64,000 nt of DNA from an uncultured Ponticaulis sp. (GCA_964009795.1 CAXGHQ010000007.1:81553-145552), one strand, 5' to 3'; positions 47,011-56,284 are shown, numbered from the stretch's first letter. The notes: generated by a model from the sequence alone, not told the origin. Translations and numbers: made by a program.

Positions 47011-48939
47011 ATGTCGGCGGAGCAGGTCTCAAGCGTTTCGGATGCGCGCGTCTTTCTCTCCTATTGCCGGGAAGACCGCTATTTTGCCCGCCAGCTCGAA
47101 CTTGTCCTGAAGGATAAGGGCTATGATCCGCTGATCGACACCCAAGCCATTGTTCCGGGCGAACCCTGGGAAGACCGGCTGGCAGGCATGATCGCGCAAT
47201 GCGATACCGTCGTCTTCATCCTCACGGCAAAATATCTCGACTCCCATTATTGCAATTGGGAACTCACTCAGGCGCTGACCCAGGGCAAACGCATGGTGCC
47301 GGTGCTGCCACAGGCGCTGCCGCCCGGCACGCAGGTGCCAGAGGACCTCGCACGCCTGCAATACATCCAATTCTACTCTGACAGCGAGATCCCGGATTCG
47401 GGCTTTTATGTCGGCATGGGCAAGCTCGACGAAGCCCTGCGTCTCGATCTCGACTGGCTGCGCCAGAAACGTCGCTATGACGAGCGCGCCGTCGATTGGG
47501 GCAATTCGCAATCCAGTGAGCTTCTTCTCAGCGGCGTGCTGCTGGAGGAGGCCGAGACCTGGAGCAATAGTGTTCCCAAGGGAAATGAAATTCCGCCCGA
47601 AATCCAGTCCTTTATCGCGGCCAGTCGGGAGCGCGAAGATATCCGCATCCGCAATGCGAAACGCGCGCGGTCCGTCGCCTGGTCGGCTGTTTTCATCACA
47701 GCCGCACTCCTTGGTGCGACGGGCTATTTCTACTGGCAGCAACAACAGACACTCGGCGAACTGGAAGACAAGTCAGCCGAACTCATCACCGCCACCAATG
47801 ACAATCTGGCGCTGGCGCGCGCCGCCAATTTCTGGGCCGATTCCAAACGCCAGCTGGCGCTCAGCGAATTTGAACGCCTCACCCCGGAAGAGATTTTTGA
47901 TGAACAGCCGCTCGATCAGGCGCAGACCGGCATTCAATTCCTTCAGGACGAGATCAACAGCCTGAGCCCGGCGGCCAAGACGGCGCACCGCGACACCATC
48001 CGGTCCATGCGGCGTGACCTCGCAAAGATCTTCTTCTTCAAGGAAAACTCCGACGCCATCGCCACGATCAATGACCTCATCGCCGAACAGCAAGACGATA
48101 TGGCGGCCCTCAATGCTGAGGATCTGGTGCTTACCGGCGAGGCGCTCGAAATGGCGCGGACCGGACTGCGCGTCCAGCTAGGGCGCGATGTGCTCAGCCG
48201 GGCGGTCTATGCCTGCCTCGACAATGCCAGTGTCAGCGATATTCGCGCCGGGCTGGATGAGGTCTCGATTGAGGTCCTGGAAGACCCGCAAGTGCCTTCC
48301 GTCCTGCGATTTCTCGACAAGGCTCCCGACCGGTTTTGCGAGAATGCGCGCGCGGTCATTTGCGAGCAATACACACTCTCAGCCTGCGAGCTTGGCATGA
48401 CGGATGCGGTTCGCCAGCAGAGTATTTATGTCCAACAGCAAATGCCCGCGCCGCTCGCCCCGGCAACCGGCGGGGACAACACGGCTCAGCCTCCGCCGCC
48501 GCGTGCTCAGGTGCAGATGCCGATCAGACAAACCCCGGCTCTGAAAGATCGCTCCTATTCCTCTCAGGACAGGTTGGCCTATCAGATTTCTGATCTGGTC
48601 ATCCATGTCAGCACCCAGGAAAAGATGAAAGCCGCTGAATTGTTCGCCGCAAAACTACGTGAGCGCGGCTATACGGTCTCGCTCGAGCTCGTAAAGGGCG
48701 ATGCCACACGGTCTATCCGGTATTATTATGACATTCAGGAAGAGCAGGTGAAAACCGATCTGACTGAGGCCTGTATTGCAGCGGCCGAGGCCGCGCTGTC
48801 CGATCTGGATCGCTCCGGCGACGCGAACGCACAAACCGAGCAAATTCTAAAAAACTGGAGCAAGGGGTATGAGCGGTTTATCTCCCTTGAGGGCCGGTTC
48901 AAAGGCTTGCGCAAAAACCGCGTCGAAATCTGGTTTTAA
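47011..48939 (+). CDS. Membrane-anchored TIR protein (TIR, helical linker, TM, large extracytoplasmic region)
   Basis: VFLSYCRED, SHYCNWE, LLLSG..L.EAE.W linker, KRAR followed by a TM at ~47674-47736, Cys-containing C-region ending RVEIWF. Confidence 0.8.
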   Translation: MSAEQVSSVSDARVFLSYCREDRYFARQLELVLKDKGYDPLIDTQAIVPGEPWEDRLAGMIAQCDTVVFILTAKYLDSHYCNWELTQALTQGKRMVPVLPQALPPGTQVPEDLARLQYIQFYSDSEIPDSGFYVGMGKLDEALRLDLDWLRQKRRYDERAVDWGNSQSSELLLSGVLLEEAETWSNSVPKGNEIPPEIQSFIAASREREDIRIRNAKRARSVAWSAVFITAALLGATGYFYWQQQQTLGELEDKSAELITATNDNLALARAANFWADSKRQLALSEFERLTPEEIFDEQPLDQAQTGIQFLQDEINSLSPAAKTAHRDTIRSMRRDLAKIFFFKENSDAIATINDLIAEQQDDMAALNAEDLVLTGEALEMARTGLRVQLGRDVLSRAVYACLDNASVSDIRAGLDEVSIEVLEDPQVPSVLRFLDKAPDRFCENARAVICEQYTLSACELGMTDAVRQQSIYVQQQMPAPLAPATGGDNTAQPPPPRAQVQMPIRQTPALKDRSYSSQDRLAYQISDLVIHVSTQEKMKAAELFAAKLRERGYTVSLELVKGDATRSIRYYYDIQEEQVKTDLTEACIAAAEAALSDLDRSGDANAQTEQILKNWSKGYERFISLEGRFKGLRKNRVEIWF

Positions 48940-48947
48940 GAGGTTCT

Positions 48948-48974
48948 CGCTCATCCCCGCGCAGGCGGGGATCT
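48948..48974. repeat. REP-like hairpin, copy 1
   Basis: cgctcatccccgcgcaggcggggatct, identical to 51127-51153. Confidence 0.88.
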
Positions 48975-49084
48975 GGACAAAACAAACACACGCCCCACCA
49001 CCAACTCCGCCCACATCACGCAGGCGCTCACAGCGTTCATAAAACCCGGTTCACAACCGCATGAATTCTCCGTAAGGAAAAACC

Positions 49085-51046
49085 ATGGCGGACGTGTTTA
49101 TCTCTTACAAGGCGGAACGGAAAAATGCTGCGGAGCATCTGCGCCACATATTGGAGGCGCATGGCTTTTCCGTCTGGTATGATTATCAGCTGAAAACGGG
49201 CACGGATTTCGACCTCCAGATCATGCGCGAGCTGAATGCGGCCAAGGCCGTTGTAGTGCTCTGGGATTCCTTGTCAGCCAACAGCCCCTGGGTGAAGCTC
49301 GAAGCCATGACCGCCCGGTATAACGACACTTATGTGCCGGTGATGATCGAAGATTGCACGCTCGATACCGAGTTCGCCAAAGGCCAGTATGAAGATTTGC
49401 GCCGCTGGAGCGCCGAACCGGCAGCCTATCGACCAGAAAAGCTGATCGAAACGCTTGAAGAGAAACTGGGGCGTCACGCCACCGCTGATCGCACGACCCT
49501 GAAATCCCTCCATGAAGAATGGCGCAAATACGGCAAGCAAAGTCTCGCGAAATTTTCCCTGTCAGCCATTCCCGACAAGCGGGAAGCTGAAAAGCAGCCG
49601 CCTGTCGATCTGGAAGCTGCTGCAAAAGCCGCCTCCCGCATGGGTGAGGCCTCTGACACGGCCATAGTGACCGGTGACGCCGCAGCCGAATTCCGTGAGA
49701 TTCAGCACAGCCTGAACCCGGCGGATTATCGCTTGTTCCTGTCTCATGTGCCTGACGGGCCGATTGCGTTCCGGGCTGCGCGTCAGCTGAAACAGCTGGA
49801 AGAGTGGGACGATCTCGATCAGACGAATGCTGAGGCGATTGCGGATTTCCTCTCTCGCCATAATGGGGGCAAGGCGCTTTTTCCGAGGCTGCAAAAACAT
49901 GTGCGCAGCACGCAGAAGGGCATTCAGGGCAAGAGCCGGAAAGCTGGTACAGGTCGCTCAACGCCTGGCGGCAAACGATGGGGGTGGTTGGAAGCCCCAG
50001 CGGCGATTGTTTTGGCGCTTGTTGTCGCTTGGTTTTGTGTGTTCGGACTTCCGAAAATCTTAGACACATCGACAAATAAGCAGCCAATTCAAACCGGCAA
50101 ATCTTCATCGTCAGCGCCGCCCCCGCTGTCCGATTTTACTCCCGAAAAGCAAATTGCGGGAGTCCGCCTTGATAAAATTCTTTCGGGACATATTCTCTGG
50201 GTTTCTTCCGTGGCGTTCAGCCCGGATGGGCGGACCGTGCTTACGGGCGGTGGCAGGACAGTGCGGCTTTGGAGCGTGGAGACGGGAGAGCCCCTCCACA
50301 CGCTGACGGACCATGAGAGCAATGTCATGTCCGTGGCGTTCAGCCCGGACGGGCGGACCGTGCTCACGGGCTCCGAAGACAAAACTGCGCGGCTCTGGAG
50401 CGTGGAGACGGGGAAGACCCTCCACACGCTGACGGGCCTTGAGGACTATGTCTCCTCCGTGGCGTTCAGCCCGGATGGGCGGACAATGCTCACCGGCTCT
50501 GGTGACGGGACAGCGCGGCTGTGGAGCGTGGAGACCGGTGAGACGCTCCAAATGCTGACGGGCCATCTGGGACCGGTCTGGTCCGTGGCGTTCAGCCCGG
50601 ATGGACGGACCGTGCTCACGGGCTCTGATGACGGGACAGCGCGGCTCTGGAGCGTAGACACTGGGGAGACGCTCCACGCGCTGACGGGCCGTCGGGGTCC
50701 GGTCTGGTCCGTGGCGTTCAGCCCGGATGGGCGTACCGTGCTCACGGGCTCGTTTGACAGTGCAGCGCGGCTCTGGAGCGTGGAGACGGGGGAGACCCTC
50801 CACACGCTGACGAGCCATGAGGGCAGGGTCTCGTCCGTGGCGTTCAGCCCGGATGGACGGACCGTGCTCACGGGCTCTGATGACAAGACAGCGCGGCTCT
50901 GGAGCGTGGAAACCGGGGAAACCCTCCACACGCTGAGAGGCCATGAGGCCTATGTCAATTCCGTGGCGTTCAGCCCGGATGGGCGGACCGTGCTCACGGG
51001 CTCTTCTGACACGACAGCGTGGCTCTGGGATGTGATTTACGATTAA
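49085..51046 (+). CDS. TIR, TM, seven-repeat WD40 propeller protein
   Basis: VFISYK, SPWVKLE, TM at ~49991-50050, seven GH...SVAFSPDGRTVLTGS.D.TARLW repeats. Confidence 0.9.
   Translation: MADVFISYKAERKNAAEHLRHILEAHGFSVWYDYQLKTGTDFDLQIMRELNAAKAVVVLWDSLSANSPWVKLEAMTARYNDTYVPVMIEDCTLDTEFAKGQYEDLRRWSAEPAAYRPEKLIETLEEKLGRHATADRTTLKSLHEEWRKYGKQSLAKFSLSAIPDKREAEKQPPVDLEAAAKAASRMGEASDTAIVTGDAAAEFREIQHSLNPADYRLFLSHVPDGPIAFRAARQLKQLEEWDDLDQTNAEAIADFLSRHNGGKALFPRLQKHVRSTQKGIQGKSRKAGTGRSTPGGKRWGWLEAPAAIVLALVVAWFCVFGLPKILDTSTNKQPIQTGKSSSSAPPPLSDFTPEKQIAGVRLDKILSGHILWVSSVAFSPDGRTVLTGGGRTVRLWSVETGEPLHTLTDHESNVMSVAFSPDGRTVLTGSEDKTARLWSVETGKTLHTLTGLEDYVSSVAFSPDGRTMLTGSGDGTARLWSVETGETLQMLTGHLGPVWSVAFSPDGRTVLTGSDDGTARLWSVDTGETLHALTGRRGPVWSVAFSPDGRTVLTGSFDSAARLWSVETGETLHTLTSHEGRVSSVAFSPDGRTVLTGSDDKTARLWSVETGETLHTLRGHEAYVNSVAFSPDGRTVLTGSSDTTAWLWDVIYD
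50180..51040 (+). repeat. Seven highly similar 126-bp coding WD40 repeats
   Basis: Invariant 20-mer tccgtggcgttcagcccgga at 50207, 50330, 50456, 50582, 50708, 50834, 50960 (spacing 123, then 126). Confidence 0.97.
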
Positions 51047-51082
51047 GTGTCGTGAAAGTTTGTCACGAATTCTCTCAACAGC

Positions 51083-51196
51083 TGTCCCGGGCGAAAACCC
51101 GGGATCTGGATGAGGCAAGCCACACACGCTCATCCCCGCGCAGGCGGGGATCTCCACGAGAGCGCTACCAGACCCCGTCTTTCGACGGGGTGAGCG
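51083..51196. repeat. REP-like hairpins, including copy 2 with a partner arm
   Basis: tcccggg-cgaaaa-cccggga hairpin; 27-mer at 51127-51153; partner accccgtctttcgacggggtgagcg ending at 51196. Confidence 0.75.
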
Positions 51197-51217
51197 ATGT
51201 CTGCTCAACCGATGTGA

Positions 51218-52378
51218 TCACTCCACGATCGCGGGCTCGGTCAGCAAGAGCCGTGCAATCGCACTGAACGTCGCGCCGAACGCCTCTTCATCTGACTGGT
51301 TCATATGCATCACCATCACTGTATCGGTATCCGCGCGATAATAGGCGGCTGAGAAATAGCCGGTGATCCCGCCCGTATGGCCCTCGACCTGCGCACCGGC
51401 GCGGTTTTCCATGGTTCCAACGCCAAGACCTTCATAGCGGCGTTCGCGGCTCACAAACGGGTCTGCCGTCATCACCTCACCCACATCGGCCAATGCGCCA
51501 TCCGGAGCGAACAGCGCTCTGTAGAACGTGATCAGATCATCCGGCGTTGCCATGATGCCGCCATCCGGTCCGGTATTTTCCCGGCTCTCGAACATGTCCT
51601 CCCAGCCGTCAAAATCCTCGCCATAGCCGTGAATGACATCGCCCGGTGGGTGGAGAACATTATAGCTCGTGTCATCGAGGCCAAGCGGCTCGAAGATCCG
51701 GCTTTGCAGCAGCGCGCCCAGCGCTTCACCTGTCTCTTTCTCCAAAATGAGCGCCAGCAGATGATAATTCGTGTTGGAGTAGGCGTGATCCTCCCCCGGT
51801 GTGCCGGTGGCACTCTCGCCCTTAATCAGCGAGAGTGCCAATTCGGGCGTTAAAGGCGTATTCGGGTCATAGGTCGCATAGAATTGGGCGTTGTAATAAT
51901 CCGGAATGCCCGATGTGTGGTTCATAAGCTGTCTGATTGTCGGGTCGAGACCTTCCGGAATGCGGCTCAGCACATCCTCGCCGAGATAGGTCGAAATCGG
52001 CGCTTCAAGATCCACCACGCCCTCATTCGAGAGGATCACCGCCAGCGCCGCCATATAGGTTTTGCAGATACTCCCGAGCCGCATGGGCGCATCCGTCGGC
52101 ATGGGCAGGCCTGTTTCTGTGTTCGCCACCCCACGCGCCAGCGCGATCCGTTTCCCGGGCTTGTCGATCACAACAATGATGCCCGGTACAGTTTCAACGG
52201 GCACCTCATGGATGATGGCGCTGACCTCATCTCTGAGCGTCTGCTGATCGGACGCAGCACTGGTTTCGTTTGCCGCTGGTGCGGGCTCCTGCGCGGTCTG
52301 TGGGCTGCAGGCGGAAACCATAAGGCCGGTCGTCAGAATGGCAGGTGTCAGAATGTTGGTCAGCCTGGTTCTCAGCAT
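51218..52378 (-). CDS. Serine hydrolase (beta-lactamase/PBP family), predicted lipoprotein
   Basis: SICK (SxxK), YSN, GHTG; signal ending VSAC. Confidence 0.9.
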   Translation of the reverse strand: MLRTRLTNILTPAILTTGLMVSACSPQTAQEPAPAANETSAASDQQTLRDEVSAIIHEVPVETVPGIIVVIDKPGKRIALARGVANTETGLPMPTDAPMRLGSICKTYMAALAVILSNEGVVDLEAPISTYLGEDVLSRIPEGLDPTIRQLMNHTSGIPDYYNAQFYATYDPNTPLTPELALSLIKGESATGTPGEDHAYSNTNYHLLALILEKETGEALGALLQSRIFEPLGLDDTSYNVLHPPGDVIHGYGEDFDGWEDMFESRENTGPDGGIMATPDDLITFYRALFAPDGALADVGEVMTADPFVSRERRYEGLGVGTMENRAGAQVEGHTGGITGYFSAAYYRADTDTVMVMHMNQSDEEAFGATFSAIARLLLTEPAIVE

Positions 52379-52459
52379 GCGGCGTCTCCCATTGTGTCCG
52401 GCCCCCAACTTGGGGGCACATTATCGAACACTCTATGCCGCGCGCATTCAAATACCAAT

Positions 52460-54124
52460 CTATTCCGGCGTGATCGGCGCGCCGGGGGCGGCATCCTCAA
52501 CGACGTGTTCGGCTTTCTCCAAAGGCTTCTTCGCATCCGGTCCGCGACCACGCAGCTGAATGCGCGGAACGAAAAGAATGCTGATAAAGGCCAGCACCAC
52601 AATCACGATCGCGCCGGAAAAGATGAAGGTCATAGAATCCGCAAAGGCCGTCTTCAGGAAAGGCGGCAGGTCTGGCACAGCGCCGGGGTTCTCCGCCGAC
52701 ATGAATTGCGCCTGCAGCTTACCCAGATTGACGTCAGGCATATCCGGAAACACGGTTTGCAGTTTCTCAGTCAGCTTGGAGGTCATCAGTGCGCCGAAGA
52801 TCGCAACGCCGATCAGCGAGCCGGTCTGACGCAGAAACATGCCAGTCGAAGTGGCCACCCCCACCTGCTGAATAGGCGCGGCGCTTTGCGAGACCAGCGT
52901 GAACAGGCTTTGCGAGGGGCCAAGGCCCAGGCCAATAATAAACAGCCGCCAGACCACATCCCAGGCGCTGGAGTCTTCCGTCAGGAAGGTCATCAGATAA
53001 AGGCCGATTCCCTGCAGAACCGCGCCCGCCAGCATGAAGCCTTTATACTTTCCTGTGCGTGTCACCAGGCGGCCAGACAGGGCCGCGCTGAACATGAGAC
53101 CACCCATCAGCGGCAGCATGGAAAAGCCGGAATTCGTTGCCGGTATACCGATCACCAATTGCAGGTAAAGCGGCACATAGATAATCGTCCCCATAAACGC
53201 CATCGAGATGATGAAGGAAGAAATCATCGAGGTGGAAAAGGCTCTGGTGTTGAACAGAGTGAGCGGCAGAACCGGGTCGCGCACAATCTTTTCCGTCACC
53301 AGAAACCCAATGCCTGTGGCCAGCGACAGCGCAAACAGCGCCACCACGTTCAGTGCAAACCAGCCATCGGTGGGGCCAAAGGTCAGCGCCAGCATCAGTG
53401 CGCCGAGCGACACCACAATCAGCACGCCGCCCAGCCAGTCGATTTTGCCGCCCGTGCGGATGCCAAGATCGGGCATTTTCCGGCCAATCATATAGAGCGA
53501 AAGCAGGGATAGCGGCAAATTCACGTAAAACACCCAGCGCCAGCCTGCGATGTGAAGCCCCATAATCTCGACTGTGCCATGATCGGTGAAAAAGCCGCCA
53601 ATGACAGGGCCAAGCACACTGGCGAGGCCAAACACGGCGCCAAACAGGCCCGCATATTTCGCGCGCTCACGCGGCTCAAACAGATCCGCAATGGTCGCAA
53701 AGGCCGAGGTGAACAGCGCGCCGCCGCCAATGCCCTGCAGCCCGCGAAACACAATCAGCTGGATCATACCCGAGCCCAGCACGGGCAAATCGCCAAACTC
53801 GCCTGCCAGACCGCACAACCAGGACCCGACGACGAAGATACAGATGCCGATGATCAGCACCAGTTTCCGGCCATACATATCGCCGAGCTTACCCCAGATC
53901 GGCACCATGACCGTCGAGGTCAGCAGGTAAACCGTCGTCACCCAGGCATAGATTTCGAGGCCATGAAGGTCCGCCACAATGCGCGGCATGGCCGTCGAGA
54001 TGATGGTCATATCCAGCGCGCTCAGCAGGAAGACAATCATCAGGGCGATGAACGTAATACGCTTTTGCTGAGACGAGACAGCAGGGCGTTCATCGTCCAT
54101 GGGCAGTGCGGCTGTATCAGACAT
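52460..54124 (-). CDS. 14-TM MFS drug:H+ antiporter (DHA2)
   Basis: ALDMTIISTAMP, GKLGDMYGRK, RGLQGIGGG, WRWVFYVNLP. Confidence 0.92.
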   Translation of the reverse strand: MSDTAALPMDDERPAVSSQQKRITFIALMIVFLLSALDMTIISTAMPRIVADLHGLEIYAWVTTVYLLTSTVMVPIWGKLGDMYGRKLVLIIGICIFVVGSWLCGLAGEFGDLPVLGSGMIQLIVFRGLQGIGGGALFTSAFATIADLFEPRERAKYAGLFGAVFGLASVLGPVIGGFFTDHGTVEIMGLHIAGWRWVFYVNLPLSLLSLYMIGRKMPDLGIRTGGKIDWLGGVLIVVSLGALMLALTFGPTDGWFALNVVALFALSLATGIGFLVTEKIVRDPVLPLTLFNTRAFSTSMISSFIISMAFMGTIIYVPLYLQLVIGIPATNSGFSMLPLMGGLMFSAALSGRLVTRTGKYKGFMLAGAVLQGIGLYLMTFLTEDSSAWDVVWRLFIIGLGLGPSQSLFTLVSQSAAPIQQVGVATSTGMFLRQTGSLIGVAIFGALMTSKLTEKLQTVFPDMPDVNLGKLQAQFMSAENPGAVPDLPPFLKTAFADSMTFIFSGAIVIVVLAFISILFVPRIQLRGRGPDAKKPLEKAEHVVEDAAPGAPITPE

Positions 54125-54310
54125 AACGGATCCGTGATTATACGTTGTATAGCTCACGCTTACAGAAGTTGAATGTAGATTGCTATAGCCATCTTGTTTT
54201 TTTCCGGCCTTCACGCCGGATTAGCATTGTCCTCAAGCATGTAAGCGCTTACAAAATCCAATAAGTGTCGGGAAGGCCAACGCAGTCCATCGCGCGGCAA
54301 CAGGGAGGAA

Positions 54311-55213
54311 ATGATGTTGAAACGGATTGTCACATGTCTGCTGTCGGCCAGCACACTCTGTCTCGGAGCTGCCTCGGCGGAGGACGCCTGCGATCAGACC
54401 TGCAAATCCCGGCTGATCGATCAATATCTGCACGCGCTTGTCACCAGCGCGCCAGACGAGGCACCCCTGGCCGAAAGCTATCGCGCAACTGAGAACCAGC
54501 ATGAAATTGCGCCGGGCGAGGGGCTCTGGACTAGCGCAACAGGCTTTGGCCCGATGCAGCGCCGTTTCTTTGATGAGGCAACAGGCAATGCGGCCTTCTA
54601 TGGCCTTGTTTATGAGGCAGACGGGCCTGCGCTCCTCTCACTGCGCCTGAGCTTTGATGGCCAGGACATCACGGAATCTGAAGCCATTATCGCCCGGGAC
54701 TTTGAGCCTCTCTACAATCCGGTCGCGGCCATAAAAGAGGCTCCTGACTTTACAAATCCAGCAGATTTATCGGGCCTCACGCGCGAGATGATGACGACGA
54801 CGGCCGACAAATATTTCGATGGCCTCCGCGATAATACGGGAGAGGGCATTCCGAAAGTGGATGGCTGCAAGCGCATCGAGAACGGCACCCGCGTCACGAA
54901 CCGCCGCCCCGGCTCAGGCGATCATGCCGATGAAGTCCGCTCAGGCGATTGTACCTCTGGCTTTGAGAATTTCACCTCCATTGCGGAGATTGCACATCGC
55001 CGCTATCCGGTCGCTGACACAGAGGCGGGCGTGGTTATGGGTGTTGGGCTCTTCCAACGTCCGCCCGGCGCTGTCGGTCGGGATGGCAACCCACGCAAAC
55101 GCAATCTGATCCATGAATATTTTCGCACCGATGCCGAGGGACGCATCACCGAAATCTTCGCCGTCATGCGCTATATCGAGGCCGATGAACCGAATGCCAC
55201 GGGTTGGGAGTAA
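54311..55213 (+). CDS. Secreted hypothetical protein (two NTF2/SnoaL-like halves suggested)
   Basis: Signal peptide, several Cys, typical codon usage; fold is a guess. Confidence 0.6.
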   Translation: MMLKRIVTCLLSASTLCLGAASAEDACDQTCKSRLIDQYLHALVTSAPDEAPLAESYRATENQHEIAPGEGLWTSATGFGPMQRRFFDEATGNAAFYGLVYEADGPALLSLRLSFDGQDITESEAIIARDFEPLYNPVAAIKEAPDFTNPADLSGLTREMMTTTADKYFDGLRDNTGEGIPKVDGCKRIENGTRVTNRRPGSGDHADEVRSGDCTSGFENFTSIAEIAHRRYPVADTEAGVVMGVGLFQRPPGAVGRDGNPRKRNLIHEYFRTDAEGRITEIFAVMRYIEADEPNATGWE

Positions 55214-55391
55214 GTGTTGCTCTTCGGATAAACTGCCAGCCGAGATATTAGCCTAGAGCGTCACCGCGGACCACAATTCGACGGTCGATGATTTTTTATT
55301 TCTCAGAATATTGGTTCTGTTTCGATCAAGGGTAATGGATGTCCGATGAATCAAGTTATTTGTGAAGTGTTGCAAACTGCTGGTCCACTGA

Positions 55392-56210
55392 ATGAGCCAA
55401 AACAATGCTTTCAAGATCAGAAAGATTGATTGGATCGCCATCCTGGCGTTCTCAATTCCTTTAGCCTATTCGATATTTTCTAACATTCATACAACTGAGC
55501 AACTGGATGTTGCCGAAAGCAAACTCTCGGAATCATTGCGAAATACAGAACGGCTCAAGGCGGATCTGGCATCGGCCAATGACACCATCCAGGCCTTGAA
55601 TCTTGAGTTGGAATCGCGAGTCTCCAGATCGATCCTCGACTCAATTTCAAACGCCCCCACTCTCGATGACTTAATTGCATTTCAGGAATTCAAAACTCGA
55701 GCGACCCTTAGAAACTCGGATGTCGGTTATGTAGTGGTTCAGGCCGATTCAAGTGGCAGCTTCTTAACTACTGCAGGCGTTCTGGGCCTGGATTGCGAAG
55801 GTTCAGAGACTTGCAGCAACAAGATCTACGACTTCGGAGGCGGAGCGGTCCTGCGCATTTCCAGCTATGAGTGGAATCAGTATCGGGGCTTTTATGAAAC
55901 GACCGTCTATCGAACGATAAATGGGCAAACCACGACTTTGTATTCAGTAAGCTCGCTGTTCGGCCGCAATGATGAACTCACTCAATATCTTTCGATTAAG
56001 AGTGAAATCCCCGTCAATTCGCATATGGGTGGTGCATTTCTGAGATTCGCCGAGTGTGAGGTTTTTATAGCCCCCGAAACGCTGTCAATTGCGTCGGTGC
56101 AAACCAACAATCCTGAACTCACCTATTCAGATGGCCGTTCCGAGGATGATCAAGAGAATATGGGACCGATCGGCAGCCAATATTGCAGCGAGCTTATTCC
56201 GGGAGAATAG
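55392..56210 (+). CDS. Hypothetical membrane-anchored protein (TM, coiled coil, globular domain)
   Basis: N-terminal TM WIAILAFSIPLAYSIF, heptad region, AT-richer than flanks. Confidence 0.6.
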   Translation: MSQNNAFKIRKIDWIAILAFSIPLAYSIFSNIHTTEQLDVAESKLSESLRNTERLKADLASANDTIQALNLELESRVSRSILDSISNAPTLDDLIAFQEFKTRATLRNSDVGYVVVQADSSGSFLTTAGVLGLDCEGSETCSNKIYDFGGGAVLRISSYEWNQYRGFYETTVYRTINGQTTTLYSVSSLFGRNDELTQYLSIKSEIPVNSHMGGAFLRFAECEVFIAPETLSIASVQTNNPELTYSDGRSEDDQENMGPIGSQYCSELIPGE

Positions 56211-56226
56211 ACCCACCCCCAAACAC

Positions 56227-56259
56227 AAAAAAGCCGGTGCATTTTGCACCGGCCTTTTC
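56227..56259. terminator. Bidirectional terminator between the hypothetical gene and ctrA
   Basis: A-tract, gccggtgca/tgcaccggc stem, then cttttc. Confidence 0.78.
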
Positions 56260-56284
56260 ATTTGGTGTGTAAAAGGGGAGACGC

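Noticed and set aside
50207-50979. Regularly spaced identical 20-mers resembling a CRISPR array
   Set aside because: Spacing is 123/126 nt (multiples of 3), the intervening DNA is also homologous and in frame in a WD40 ORF, and no cas genes are present.
49085-51046. Diversity-generating retroelement target
   Set aside because: No reverse transcriptase or template repeat is in the window, and the variation is not adenine-specific.
50111-51208. Repetitive 365-aa and 161-aa minus-strand ORFs
   Set aside because: They mirror the WD40 repeats on the opposite strand.
51884-53512. 542-aa plus-strand ORF
   Set aside because: Antisense to the serine hydrolase and MFS genes, which carry clear motifs.
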